Source of the DNA: Longimicrobiales bacterium
Lineage (GTDB): Bacteria; Gemmatimonadota; Gemmatimonadetes; Longimicrobiales; Gaopeijiaceae
Direction of reading: 5' to 3'
DNA length: 64,000 nt
Assembly: GCA_965219445.1 (NCBI GenBank)
Contig: CBDCNQ010000002.1
Location: 96,001 to 160,000 of the forward strand
This document shows, one piece after another, positions 39,144 through 48,184 of the stretch. Each line of letters begins with the position of its first letter. The first letter of the stretch is position 1. Position numbers and translations under genes: made by a program. Below the pieces are notes generated by a model, which made no database searches, was not told the DNA's origin, and saw only the letters and a program-made list of their open reading frames with translations.

Positions 39144-40385
39144 ATGATGATATCCTTTCGGATAGGGATATTGGCGACATGTCTGAGTACGGTGGCCTGT
39201 ACAGATATGGCTCCCGGTGCGATCGAGCTGGGCGAGCTCGAACCACTGAATCCGCCCCTTGGAGAGGGCAGTCTGTGGCCTAAACTGTCCACCCATGGGG
39301 ACGAGGTCGTCTTGAGCTGGCAGGAACCTGATGGCACCAATTCCTGGTCTGTTAAAACGGCCATACTCGATGGGGCTGGGTGGTCCCCGGCACGGACCGT
39401 AGCCCGCTCGACGGAGCAGAGGGGGTTCTTCATCAATTGGGCCGACTTCGCTTCGGTCGATTTCTTGGAGGCGGATCTGCTGGTCGCCCACTGGCTCCTC
39501 CGTGGTCCGGACGGTGGGTACGACTATGGCGTACGGGTCGCTCGGTCGAGGGACTCGGGTCGGACCTGGACCGAGCCTTGGACGCCGCATACGGATGAGA
39601 CCCGCACGGAACATGGATTCGTGTCGAAATTCCCCCTGGAGAACGGGGGAATCGGCTTCGTTTGGCTGGACGGCCGCGACTCGGTCGACAGGGACGGAAA
39701 GACAGGCACACCGGGCGCGATGGCGTTACGATACCGGTCGCTCGATCGGGATGGAGTCCCGGGTGTGGAATTACTCATCGACGAGCGTGTCTGTGACTGC
39801 TGTCAAACCGACGCGGCCGTCTCGGCCTCCGGACCAGTCGTGGTCTACCGGGATCGGTCCGAGGAGGAAGTACGAGATATATATGTCACCCGCCTCGTCG
39901 ATGGGCAGTGGACGGAGGGTATGCCGGTCCACCGGGACGGCTGGGTGATTCCAGCTTGCCCGGTGAATGGGCCGGCCGTGGCGGCTCGCGGGAACGAAGT
40001 CGCGGTCGCATGGTTTACTGCTGTCGGAAATGACCGCAAGACACAGGTGGCTTTTTCGTCGGACAGCGGTGTACACTTCGGGGAGCCGATCCGCGTCGAC
40101 GATGGAGTTGCTCTTGGGCGCGTCGATGTGCTGTGGCTCGAGAATGGCTCGGCTCTGGTCATGTGGCTGGAGCGGCGCCCCCGCACGGGGGAAGTGCTGG
40201 TGCGCCAGGTGTGGCCAAATGGACGAATTGGGGGAGAGGCGGTTGTGACCACGACATCTGCGGGGCGGGACAGCGGGTTCCCGCAAATGATCCAAGACGG
40301 CATGGGTCGGGTCGTGTTCGCGTGGACCGAGACGGGGAACGTCCGACGCGTGCGCGTGACGAGAACAAGCGAGGCTCTCCAATGA
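39144..40385 (+). CDS. BNR/Asp-box lipoprotein
   Basis: Lipobox TVAC, SRDSGRTW and SSDSGVHF Asp-boxes, NWADF, CDCC, CPVNGP. Confidence 0.8.
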   Translation: MMISFRIGILATCLSTVACTDMAPGAIELGELEPLNPPLGEGSLWPKLSTHGDEVVLSWQEPDGTNSWSVKTAILDGAGWSPARTVARSTEQRGFFINWADFASVDFLEADLLVAHWLLRGPDGGYDYGVRVARSRDSGRTWTEPWTPHTDETRTEHGFVSKFPLENGGIGFVWLDGRDSVDRDGKTGTPGAMALRYRSLDRDGVPGVELLIDERVCDCCQTDAAVSASGPVVVYRDRSEEEVRDIYVTRLVDGQWTEGMPVHRDGWVIPACPVNGPAVAARGNEVAVAWFTAVGNDRKTQVAFSSDSGVHFGEPIRVDDGVALGRVDVLWLENGSALVMWLERRPRTGEVLVRQVWPNGRIGGEAVVTTTSAGRDSGFPQMIQDGMGRVVFAWTETGNVRRVRVTRTSEALQ

Positions 40386-40891
40386 CCCGGGCGTCCAGGG
40401 CTACCTTCGCTTTGTTGCTGTGGATTACGGCGTGCGCCCCAGGCGATCTGAGGCCGCCCCAGGTGGGGGATCCGGCTCCTGAGTTCCAGGCGATGTCGCT
40501 CGATGGCGAGCGTTCCGTTGCTCTCGGCGACTACGTGGGCCGGACGCTCCTTGTGAATATATGGGCGACTTGGTGCGCTCCGTGCCGCCAGGAGACGCCC
40601 TACCTTCAGTCCGTTTATGAGGAAAATCAGGAGCGTGGGCTGATGATCGTGGGGGTTTCCGTCGACTCGCCTTCCGCCCTCGACCTGGTGAACGAATTTC
40701 TCGAAGAGATGGGGGTTACGTACGATATTGTGCTCGATCCCGAGATGGTGAGCACGGATGTCTTCGCGCCCATCGGGTACCCCGCGTCCTACCTCATCGA
40801 CCGAGAGGGGGTGATCCGCTTTACCCGACTGGGTCCGATCGCGGAGGGAGACCCTGCATTTCTCGAAGCCCTGGAACAGACCCTCAACTAA
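40382..40891 (+). CDS. TlpA-family thiol-disulfide oxidoreductase lipoprotein
   Basis: NIWATWCAPCRQE; lipobox ITAC; ATGA overlap with the upstream gene. Confidence 0.9.
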   Translation: MTRASRATFALLLWITACAPGDLRPPQVGDPAPEFQAMSLDGERSVALGDYVGRTLLVNIWATWCAPCRQETPYLQSVYEENQERGLMIVGVSVDSPSALDLVNEFLEEMGVTYDIVLDPEMVSTDVFAPIGYPASYLIDREGVIRFTRLGPIAEGDPAFLEALEQTLN

Positions 40892-41901
40892 CGCGGGCTG
40901 ACCGTATCAAAGGCATTCTGGAGCGGTCTGAGCGGGCGCAAATACTCGTCGTCGGGGACCTCATGCTCGATCGATACGTCTCGGGCCCCGCAACGAGGAT
41001 CTCGCCGGAGTCTCCCGTGCCTGTCGTTCAAGTGGAGAAGGAATGGGCGGGTGTGGGCGGCGCCGCCAATGTAGCCGCCAACGTCGTCGCCCTCGGTGCC
41101 CAGTGCGAACTTGTCGGCTGCGTCGGCGCCGATGATGCAGGACGCGAGCTCCGAGAACGCCTCAATGCGCTTGGGGTGGGCATCGAGGGTCTGGTGGAGC
41201 GCAGGGAACGCCCCACGACCGTAAAGACGCGGGTCCTGGCCGGGCATCAACAGGTCGTGCGCATCGACCGAGAGGACTCGGACGACGTGAGTCCCGAGGC
41301 CGTTCGGCTGCTTCAAAAAGAAGCCCGTAGGGGACTCGCTGGTTGTGGCTCGGTCGTGCTCGAAGACTACGATAAGGGCGTACTGGTTCCCGACGTCATC
41401 CAGGAGGTCCTCGACGGTGCGAAGGCGGGGGGAGCTCCCTCAATCGTCGATCCCAAGCGTCGGCGATTCTTCTCATACGCCTCGGCCACAGTCTTCAAGC
41501 CGAATGCGAATGAGTTGGAGGATGCACTGGGAGAGCCGGTTCGTCCCGAGGACGGCGCTTGGATGGAGGGGGCCCGTTCTCGGCTGGGCTGCGAGCATCT
41601 TCTCCTGACTCTGGGCGGACTCGGAATGTCATTATGTTCCGCAGAGGAGGGCACAACGCTTTTCCCCGCGTCGGACCGAACGGTCTTCGACGTCTCAGGC
41701 GCGGGAGACACGGTCACCGCAGCGGTGTCGCTCGCGCTGGCCCTCGGCGCATCCGTGTCCGAGGCGGCCGTTCTCGCGAACCACGCGGCCGCGGTCCAAG
41801 TGACCAAGGCCGGGGTGGCGACAGTGACGAGGGAGGAACTCTACGAGCACACCTTCGACGTCAGGGCCGCCCGGGAGGTAGGTGGGTCCGCCGAGTCGTA
41901 A
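40888..41901 (+). CDS. rfaE1: Heptose-7-phosphate kinase (HldA/RfaE1); start unresolved
   Basis: ILVVGDLMLDRY, RISPESPVPV, GGAANVA, DYDKG, DVSGAGDT; the conserved N-terminus lies upstream of ATG 40963. Confidence 0.88.
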   Translation, partial: LTRADRIKGILERSERAQILVVGDLMLDRYVSGPATRISPESPVPVVQVEKEWAGVGGAANVAANVVALGAQCELVGCVGADDAGRELRERLNALGVGIEGLVERRERPTTVKTRVLAGHQQVVRIDREDSDDVSPEAVRLLQKEARRGLAGCGSVVLEDYDKGVLVPDVIQEVLDGAKAGGAPSIVDPKRRRFFSYASATVFKPNANELEDALGEPVRPEDGAWMEGARSRLGCEHLLLTLGGLGMSLCSAEEGTTLFPASDRTVFDVSGAGDTVTAAVSLALALGASVSEAAVLANHAAAVQVTKAGVATVTREELYEHTFDVRAAREVGGSAES

Positions 41902-41984
41902 AGTGCTTCTCCGGCGGCCTCATTCGGCATGGATGGGATATACGTTAACTATATGTAAAAATTTGACTTATAGGTGATGATCGA

Positions 41985-42374
41985 ATGAATAACTTTAAGT
42001 TCGTTCATACCTCCGAGGCCCCGGAGGCCATCGGCCCGTACTCCCAGGCCGTTGTCGCAGGGGAGTGGGTCTTCGCCTCCGGCCAAATTCCGATCGACCC
42101 CACCACCGGGGAGCTCATCGACGGAGGGATCGCCGAGCAAACCGATCGAGTCATGAGGAATCTGGCTGCCGTGCTTGAAGAGGCGGGGCTTTCTCTGAAT
42201 CAAGTCGTAAAGACGACGGTGTATCTTGCCGACATGGGGACGTTCGGAGCGATGAACAAGGTATACGCCAAGCATTTCGGGGATCATCGCCCTGCTCGGG
42301 CGACGGTGCAGGCCGCTGCATTGCCCAAGAACGTGGGCGTGGAGATCGATGTCATTGCATGCATGCCGTCATGA
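41985..42374 (+). CDS. ridA: RidA-family reactive intermediate deaminase
   Basis: APEAIGPYSQ, SGQIP, PARATV, VEID. Confidence 0.93.
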   Translation: MNNFKFVHTSEAPEAIGPYSQAVVAGEWVFASGQIPIDPTTGELIDGGIAEQTDRVMRNLAAVLEEAGLSLNQVVKTTVYLADMGTFGAMNKVYAKHFGDHRPARATVQAAALPKNVGVEIDVIACMPS

Positions 42375-43414
42375 CCGAACTCCTGGAGAATCTGTGGGTG
42401 CAGCGCGCGGGCTTCGTGGTCGGTGGCCTCCTGGTGGGCATCGTGTTGGAGTTCGTCGTCATCCAGCGGGCCCACAAGCTCGCCGAGCGAACCCGCTTCA
42501 AGTGGGACGACTTGCTCATCGGCTCGCTCCGTGGCGTGGCGACCACGTGGGCGGGTGCCGGTGGCGTCTACCTCGCGCTCAACGTCGGCACTCCGGATCC
42601 GCTGCTCCTGAGCACGATGCGAAGCGTGCTCATGGTCGTCGTGATCCTGTCCGTCGTAATCGCCGGGATGCGGGCAGTGGGGGGAGCGGTCGAGATGCTT
42701 TCGGGCCGCACGGGTGGTGCGATCAAGTCGCCGACGCTGGTCGTCAACCTCGCTCGGATTGCTGTCGGGGTCCTGGGGCTCTTCATCATCCTCCAGAACC
42801 TCGGGATCGACATCACGGCGCTGATCACGGCACTCGGTATCGGAGGAATCGCGATCGCGCTCGCGCTCCAGGACACACTGGGAAACCTCTTCGCCGGAAT
42901 TCAAATCATCCTGTCCAAGCAGGTGCGTCAGCGGGACTACATTCGTCTGTCTTCAGGAGAGGAGGGGTGGGTGACCGACGTGAAGGGCCGGAACACCACG
43001 ATCCAAACCTTCCCGGATGGCAACCTCGTCACCGTGCCCAATTCCATGCTCGCGTCCTCCATCGTGAAGAACTTTTCGATGCCGAGGACCGCGCTCTGGG
43101 TGACTCTTAGCGTCGGCGTGAGCTACGACAGCGACTTGGAGCACGTGGAGGCCGTCTCCCTGGAAGTGGCAAAGCAGGTGCTCGCCGAAGAGGATGGCGG
43201 CGTGCCGGGGGAAGACCCGATCGTCCGCTACCACACCTTCGGGGACTCGAGCATAAACTTCGACGTCCGCATGATGGTGCGTGAGTTCAGAAGCCAGGGT
43301 CCCGTGAAACACGAGTTCATCAAGCGGTTGCATCGGCGTTTCGGAGAAGAAGGCATCGAGATCCCCTTCCCGATCCGCACGGTGATGATGAAGGATGGAA
43401 GCGACCCGGAGTAA
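42371..43414 (+). CDS. mscS: MscS-family mechanosensitive channel
   Basis: LGIGGIAIALALQDTL, VPNS, GVSYDSD, GIEIPFP. Confidence 0.92.
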   Translation: MTELLENLWVQRAGFVVGGLLVGIVLEFVVIQRAHKLAERTRFKWDDLLIGSLRGVATTWAGAGGVYLALNVGTPDPLLLSTMRSVLMVVVILSVVIAGMRAVGGAVEMLSGRTGGAIKSPTLVVNLARIAVGVLGLFIILQNLGIDITALITALGIGGIAIALALQDTLGNLFAGIQIILSKQVRQRDYIRLSSGEEGWVTDVKGRNTTIQTFPDGNLVTVPNSMLASSIVKNFSMPRTALWVTLSVGVSYDSDLEHVEAVSLEVAKQVLAEEDGGVPGEDPIVRYHTFGDSSINFDVRMMVREFRSQGPVKHEFIKRLHRRFGEEGIEIPFPIRTVMMKDGSDPE

Positions 43415-43450
43415 GAGGTCGGTGGGACCGACCAGGGGTAAGAAGTCGGT

Positions 43451-45538
43451 CTATGACGAAGCTGGAGGGTGTTCCGACCTGACGGACCGCTGAAGCGTGG
43501 TGCCGATCCACGCCTCCAACGTCGACCGGTGGCGGCGCGTGGTGATGAAGGTCAGCGCGTCTCCAGGCTCGACCCGCGTGAAGCCCCTCGGCACCACGAC
43601 CCGATCCCCGCGCCGCAGAAGCGCGATGAGAGCCTCCGCGGGCACCTTTATCTCGCGGATGGCGTGGAAGCAGATGTCCGTGTGATGTGTGGTCACCTCG
43701 AGCGCGACGTGCACCGAATCCCCGCCGGCGTCGGGTGGCAACGCATTGGTCCGCTTCAACAGCCGTTGGTGCTCATCGGCTAGCTCTTTGAACGCCCAGA
43801 TCATCTCGGCCCGCTTCAACACGCCGACGACACGAGTCCGGTCGTCCGGATCCACCACCGGCATCTGATAGGCGCCCAGGGCACTGAATCGTGCGAACGC
43901 GTTCCGAAGGGTCTCGGCGGGAAAGGTGGTCTCCACTGCCGTGGTCATGACCTCGGCGACCGTTCTCTCGGATCCTCCGGCCACAATGGACCGCTCCAGA
44001 TCAGCCAGTGCGACGATCCCTACCAGACGCTCGTCGTCATCGAGGACTACCCAACTCCGTGTGTGCTCATCCCGCACGAGCTCGGCCAGTTGATCGAGGT
44101 CCATGGACGCGGGTACGCTCCTCACCTCCTCCTCCATGGCGTCAGCCACGAGAAGGATGTCGAGCGTCCCCATCTCACCCTCGGAGAGGCGGAACCCACC
44201 GAGCCTCCGCAACTTGATGGAGTAGATAGAGTCCGGGTTGAGGCGGGAAGCGATGATCTGCGCTAGCACCACCGCCAACATGAGTGGGAGGATGATCCGG
44301 TAGTCGTCGGTCATCTCGAAGAGGATGACGATCGCAGTCATGGGCGCGTGGGCTGCCGCACCGAACACGGCGGCGGCGCCGACCAGGGCATAGGCTCCCG
44401 GAGACGCCGTCACCGTGGGGAACAGTCCGCCCATCAACGAGCCGAAGACGCCCCCGGTCATCGCCCCTATGAAGAGAGCCGGAGCGAACACTCCGCCGGA
44501 ACCACCGGCGCCGAGGGTGATGGAGGTGGCGAGCATCTTCAGGACCACGAGCATCGCCATCATGCCGACGCCGAGAGCCCCGGCGAGCGCCAGTTCAACG
44601 CCCTCATGTCCGACGCCGAAGATGTGTGAACTCCCGAACGCCCCCATGGCTCCCACTGCCAGGCCACCCAGGAGTGCCTTAGCCCAGGCAGGGACCGACC
44701 ACAGCTCGAACCGCTCCTCTACCTGATAAACCATCCAGACGTAGGCCAGAGCCACGATGCCTGCGATCAGACCAAGGACCAGATAGAGCCCGAACTCCCA
44801 ATTGCTCGCGAGAGTAAATTGCTCGACGAGGCTGAAAGAAGGTTCCGTCCCCAGGGCCGACTGCACCACCGCCGTGGCTGCCACGGATGAAACCACGACC
44901 AATCCGAAGGAACGGGAGGCGAACCCACCGAGGATCACCTCCATGGCGAAGAGCACCCCTGCGATGGGAGCGTTGAACGTGCCCCCGATGGCCGCGCCCG
45001 CGCCCGCAGCCACCATGATCCGTACCTCGCTGGCCCCCAATCCGGCGATCTGGCCCACGGTGCTGCCGATGGATGAACCGATCTGCACGATGGGACCCTC
45101 ACGCCCCACGGATCCGCCGGAACCGATGGAGATCGCGGACGCCAACGCCTTCACGATGGCCACACGAGCACGAATGCGTCCCCCGCGCTGTCGCACTGCG
45201 AACTGGACTTCGGGGATTCCATGCCCCTGGGCCTCGGGAGCCCAGCGACGGACGATCCAGGACACCACCACCATGCCCACGGCCGGGGCGAGCACGAAGG
45301 GCACCCACTCCGGCAGCGGGGCCAAGACATCGGAATGGCGGCCGCCCTGATCGAAGAACAACCACTGCACCACGGCGATCATCCACCGGAGGCCGATCGC
45401 GGCGACCCCGGAAAGCAGGCCGATGGCCGTGGCGAGGGCCAGCGGCCCGGCCGTGGTGGAACGGCGCAATTCGAGGCGCAGGCGATGAAGGATCTTGCCG
45501 TTCCGGACAGCCTTCGGGAGGCCCATGCCAAAGGTCAT
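43451..45538 (-). CDS. CLC-family chloride transport protein with CBS pair and TrkA-C/RCK_C domain
   Basis: GHGIPE, GREGP, GGVFAP, SIYS; CBS repeats; C-terminal RRGDRVVVPRG...PGD. Confidence 0.92.
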   Translation of the reverse strand: MTFGMGLPKAVRNGKILHRLRLELRRSTTAGPLALATAIGLLSGVAAIGLRWMIAVVQWLFFDQGGRHSDVLAPLPEWVPFVLAPAVGMVVVSWIVRRWAPEAQGHGIPEVQFAVRQRGGRIRARVAIVKALASAISIGSGGSVGREGPIVQIGSSIGSTVGQIAGLGASEVRIMVAAGAGAAIGGTFNAPIAGVLFAMEVILGGFASRSFGLVVVSSVAATAVVQSALGTEPSFSLVEQFTLASNWEFGLYLVLGLIAGIVALAYVWMVYQVEERFELWSVPAWAKALLGGLAVGAMGAFGSSHIFGVGHEGVELALAGALGVGMMAMLVVLKMLATSITLGAGGSGGVFAPALFIGAMTGGVFGSLMGGLFPTVTASPGAYALVGAAAVFGAAAHAPMTAIVILFEMTDDYRIILPLMLAVVLAQIIASRLNPDSIYSIKLRRLGGFRLSEGEMGTLDILLVADAMEEEVRSVPASMDLDQLAELVRDEHTRSWVVLDDDERLVGIVALADLERSIVAGGSERTVAEVMTTAVETTFPAETLRNAFARFSALGAYQMPVVDPDDRTRVVGVLKRAEMIWAFKELADEHQRLLKRTNALPPDAGGDSVHVALEVTTHHTDICFHAIREIKVPAEALIALLRRGDRVVVPRGFTRVEPGDALTFITTRRHRSTLEAWIGTTLQRSVRSEHPPASS

Positions 45539-45614
45539 GAGAGGAAGTTGACAATATGGGTGGGTTTATCCAACCTGGCCTGCGCCCTTCTGGCCAGAGA
45601 ACTGAGGAAAAACC

Positions 45615-46892
45615 ATTCCGGACTTCCTGTCGAGCATAGCTGCGAACGACTGGCTTCGAGCTGTCGGCGGGTTGTTTGCCCTTAGCATCCTGGCGTGGGC
45701 TACCAACGTCGTGGTGCGCCGCTTGTTCGTAGGGCTGGTCCACCGTGTGGCGAGCAGGACCCAGTCCACCTGGGACAATCGCCTCATCGAGCGACGGGTC
45801 TTCCACCGGTTGGCCAACGTCGCTCCGGCGCTCGTGACCTACGCTGGAATCGGATTGGCGCTGGGGGTCGCTCCCGACGCCCTGGCCGTCGACCCGCCGT
45901 CGACGAGCTGGGAGGCCCTCGTGCTTACCGGTGCGACGCTGGTGCGCCGCGTGTCGCTGGCGTGGGTGGTGGTGGCGCTCACCACGGCGGCCGGCGGCTT
46001 CCTGAATGCCCTCAACGACGTCTACACCGAGACCTACACCGAGACCAGTGCCCGCCCCATCAAGGGCTACCTCCAGGTCATCAGCCTCTTCCTGTATGTG
46101 GGGGCGGGCGTCGTGGTCATCTCCGTCCTGGCAGATCGCTCGCCCGTGGTCTTCCTGTCGGGCCTCGGGGCGCTCACGGCCGTCCTCATGCTGGTCTTCC
46201 GGGACACCATCCTCTCACTCGTGGCCAGCGTCCAGATCATGTCCAACGACATGATCCGTATCGGGGACTGGGTCGAGATGCCCCAGGCCAACGCCGACGG
46301 CGACGTCATCGACATCGCGCTTCACACGGTGAAGATCCAAAACTGGGACAAGACCATCTCCGCGATCCCCACCCATAAGTTCATCTCCGAGTCGTTCAAG
46401 AACTGGCGCGGGATGAGCGAGTCCGGCGGCCGGCGCATGAAGCGCTCGATCTACCTGGACATGAGCTCCATCCATTTCCTGTCTGACGCAGAGGTGGCCC
46501 GGCTCTCGCGCTTCGAGTTCCTACACGATTACTTGCAGGCCAAACGGAGGGATCTGGAGGTCGCCAACGCCCGGAAAGTGGAGGGCGACGACCTCATTCC
46601 GGATCCGCGACGCCTCACGAATGTGGGTACGTTCCGGGCGTACGTGAGGCACTATCTGAGCAATCACCCCAAGATCCACCAGGGGATGACGCTCCTCGTG
46701 CGGCAGCTCCAGCCGGGGCCCCAGGGCCTGCCCCTCGAGATCTACTGCTTCTCCAACGATACGAACTGGGAAAACTACGAGGGAATCCACGCGGACATCT
46801 TCGACCACCTCATCGCGAGCCTCCCGGACTTCGGGCTCCGGGCGTTCCAAGAGCCCGCGGGCAGTGACTTGGAGGCGTTACGTCCCAGCTAA
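45615..46892 (+). CDS. MscS-family channel, YbdG/MscM-like (probable ATT start)
   Basis: RPIKGYLQ, LMLVFRD, GDWVEMP, VKIQNWDKT, SFKNWRGMSESGGRR, TNVGTFR. Confidence 0.9.
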   Translation: MPDFLSSIAANDWLRAVGGLFALSILAWATNVVVRRLFVGLVHRVASRTQSTWDNRLIERRVFHRLANVAPALVTYAGIGLALGVAPDALAVDPPSTSWEALVLTGATLVRRVSLAWVVVALTTAAGGFLNALNDVYTETYTETSARPIKGYLQVISLFLYVGAGVVVISVLADRSPVVFLSGLGALTAVLMLVFRDTILSLVASVQIMSNDMIRIGDWVEMPQANADGDVIDIALHTVKIQNWDKTISAIPTHKFISESFKNWRGMSESGGRRMKRSIYLDMSSIHFLSDAEVARLSRFEFLHDYLQAKRRDLEVANARKVEGDDLIPDPRRLTNVGTFRAYVRHYLSNHPKIHQGMTLLVRQLQPGPQGLPLEIYCFSNDTNWENYEGIHADIFDHLIASLPDFGLRAFQEPAGSDLEALRPS

Positions 46893-47037
46893 GCGGAGCA
46901 CGGACTCTGGGCGAATCCACGAGAGCGCCGGTACAGGCCATGAGATCGGATCGAGTGGCACCGAGTAGACAGGTGGGAGAGGTCTGTCTACAGTTTGGCT
47001 ATGCCAGCTGTGCCATCTGATGGGACGACAGCTACAT

Positions 47038-47134
47038 GGGGGCGGAGGAGGTCTGGTGGCCTCACTGGTCTTCAAAACCAGCTCGCCCGGCTAAACCCCG
47101 GGTTGGTGGGTTCGATTCCCACACGCTCCCGCCA
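47038..47134 (+). tRNA. selC: tRNA-Sec (anticodon TCA at 47072-47074)
   Basis: 8-bp acceptor, 6-bp D stem GAGGTC/GGCCTC with TGGT loop, CTGGT-CTTCAAA-ACCAG, long variable arm, T-arm GTGGG-TTCGATT-CCCAC, G73 and CCA; selB is in the window. Confidence 0.95.
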
Positions 47135-47285
47135 TCGGTGAAGCGGCCTAAATGACAGTCCCGTTTTCACCACCCACACGGGACTGAGCCCCGCTCGGCG
47201 CGAAGAATCAGCTAAAAGAAACGTTGAAAACTGGGAGGGATGTGTGAAATCTTTATAGGATACCCGAAACCTGAAGGAATCGAAC

Positions 47286-47786
47286 TTGGCGACCAGATCC
47301 CAAGGAGTTACGGGCGTGATCCCTTGTCGGGAGACGAGGGGGTTCTCGCTCATCGAGCTCACAGTTGTCCTTGTGCTGGCAGGCGTAACGGTTGGTCTGG
47401 CCAGCAACTTGTTGGGCGGGTACGAACAGAGGGTTGCTGCGCAGCATGCGGCACAGCTGTTCGTCCGGGACCTGTCCCTGGCGCGGGCCCATGCCGTGCG
47501 TGGGCGGGAATCGGTCGTGATCCGCTTCTCCGAGTCCAGTCGCTGGTACTCGATATCGACGATGACGACGGGTAAGGAGCTGGTACGACGCCGTTTCAAC
47601 GTCAACGCCGACATCCCTCTCGCGGCCATCGACCTCGAAATACCCGGCGACACGCTCCTCTTCACTTCGAGGGGGATCTTGAGCGATGTGGGCGGGCAAC
47701 TGGGGACGGCGACGTTCTCGGCGGGGGTCGATACGTACGCGGTGTCGTTCAACATCATGGGAGCGTCGAAGGTTGAGAAACGGTGA
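47286..47786 (+). CDS. FimT/GspH-like minor pilin
   Basis: Prepilin site G|FSLIEL, DLSLARAHAV, FTSRG. Confidence 0.85.
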   Translation: MATRSQGVTGVIPCRETRGFSLIELTVVLVLAGVTVGLASNLLGGYEQRVAAQHAAQLFVRDLSLARAHAVRGRESVVIRFSESSRWYSISTMTTGKELVRRRFNVNADIPLAAIDLEIPGDTLLFTSRGILSDVGGQLGTATFSAGVDTYAVSFNIMGASKVEKR

Positions 47787-48184
47787 GCGGAGAACCATGT
47801 CCTCCCAATTGCCGCTGTGGCGGCTTTACCCTCATCGAAGTCATGGGCGCGCTCCTGATCTTCGTGATGGGCGTGCTCATGGTGCTGCGGCTCGGCGCCG
47901 CCATGGCCACCCAGCTGGAGTCCTCCGGCGTTGCCTCCGAGCTCGTCGTTATCGCCCACGAGCAGATCGACTCGCTGGCAGCGACGCCCTTCGACTCGCT
48001 GGAGGCGAAGACCGAGCAGAACGACTTCAAGGTGGGGGCGAACGAGATCGAGTACACCAAGACCGTGACGGTCAGCTTGGTGAACCCGCTCTTATACCAG
48101 CTCGACGTGGACGTGTCGCTAAAGGACACGTTGGCTTGGGGTCCCGGCTACTCCGTGACGACGTTCTCGGCAGGCGCCTGGTAG
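47783..48184 (+). CDS. PilV-like minor pilin
   Basis: G|FTLIEVMGALLIF; GTGA overlap with the upstream gene. Confidence 0.82.
   Translation: MSGEPCPPNCRCGGFTLIEVMGALLIFVMGVLMVLRLGAAMATQLESSGVASELVVIAHEQIDSLAATPFDSLEAKTEQNDFKVGANEIEYTKTVTVSLVNPLLYQLDVDVSLKDTLAWGPGYSVTTFSAGAW

Noticed and set aside
38859..39614. Extension of the Omp85 ORF to 1298 aa
   Set aside because: It overlaps the divergent BNR gene; a signal peptide and SD support the start at 38858.
47686..48135. Long N-terminal extension of the PilW-like ORF
   Set aside because: It overlaps two real pilin genes; the prepilin motif only begins near 48196.
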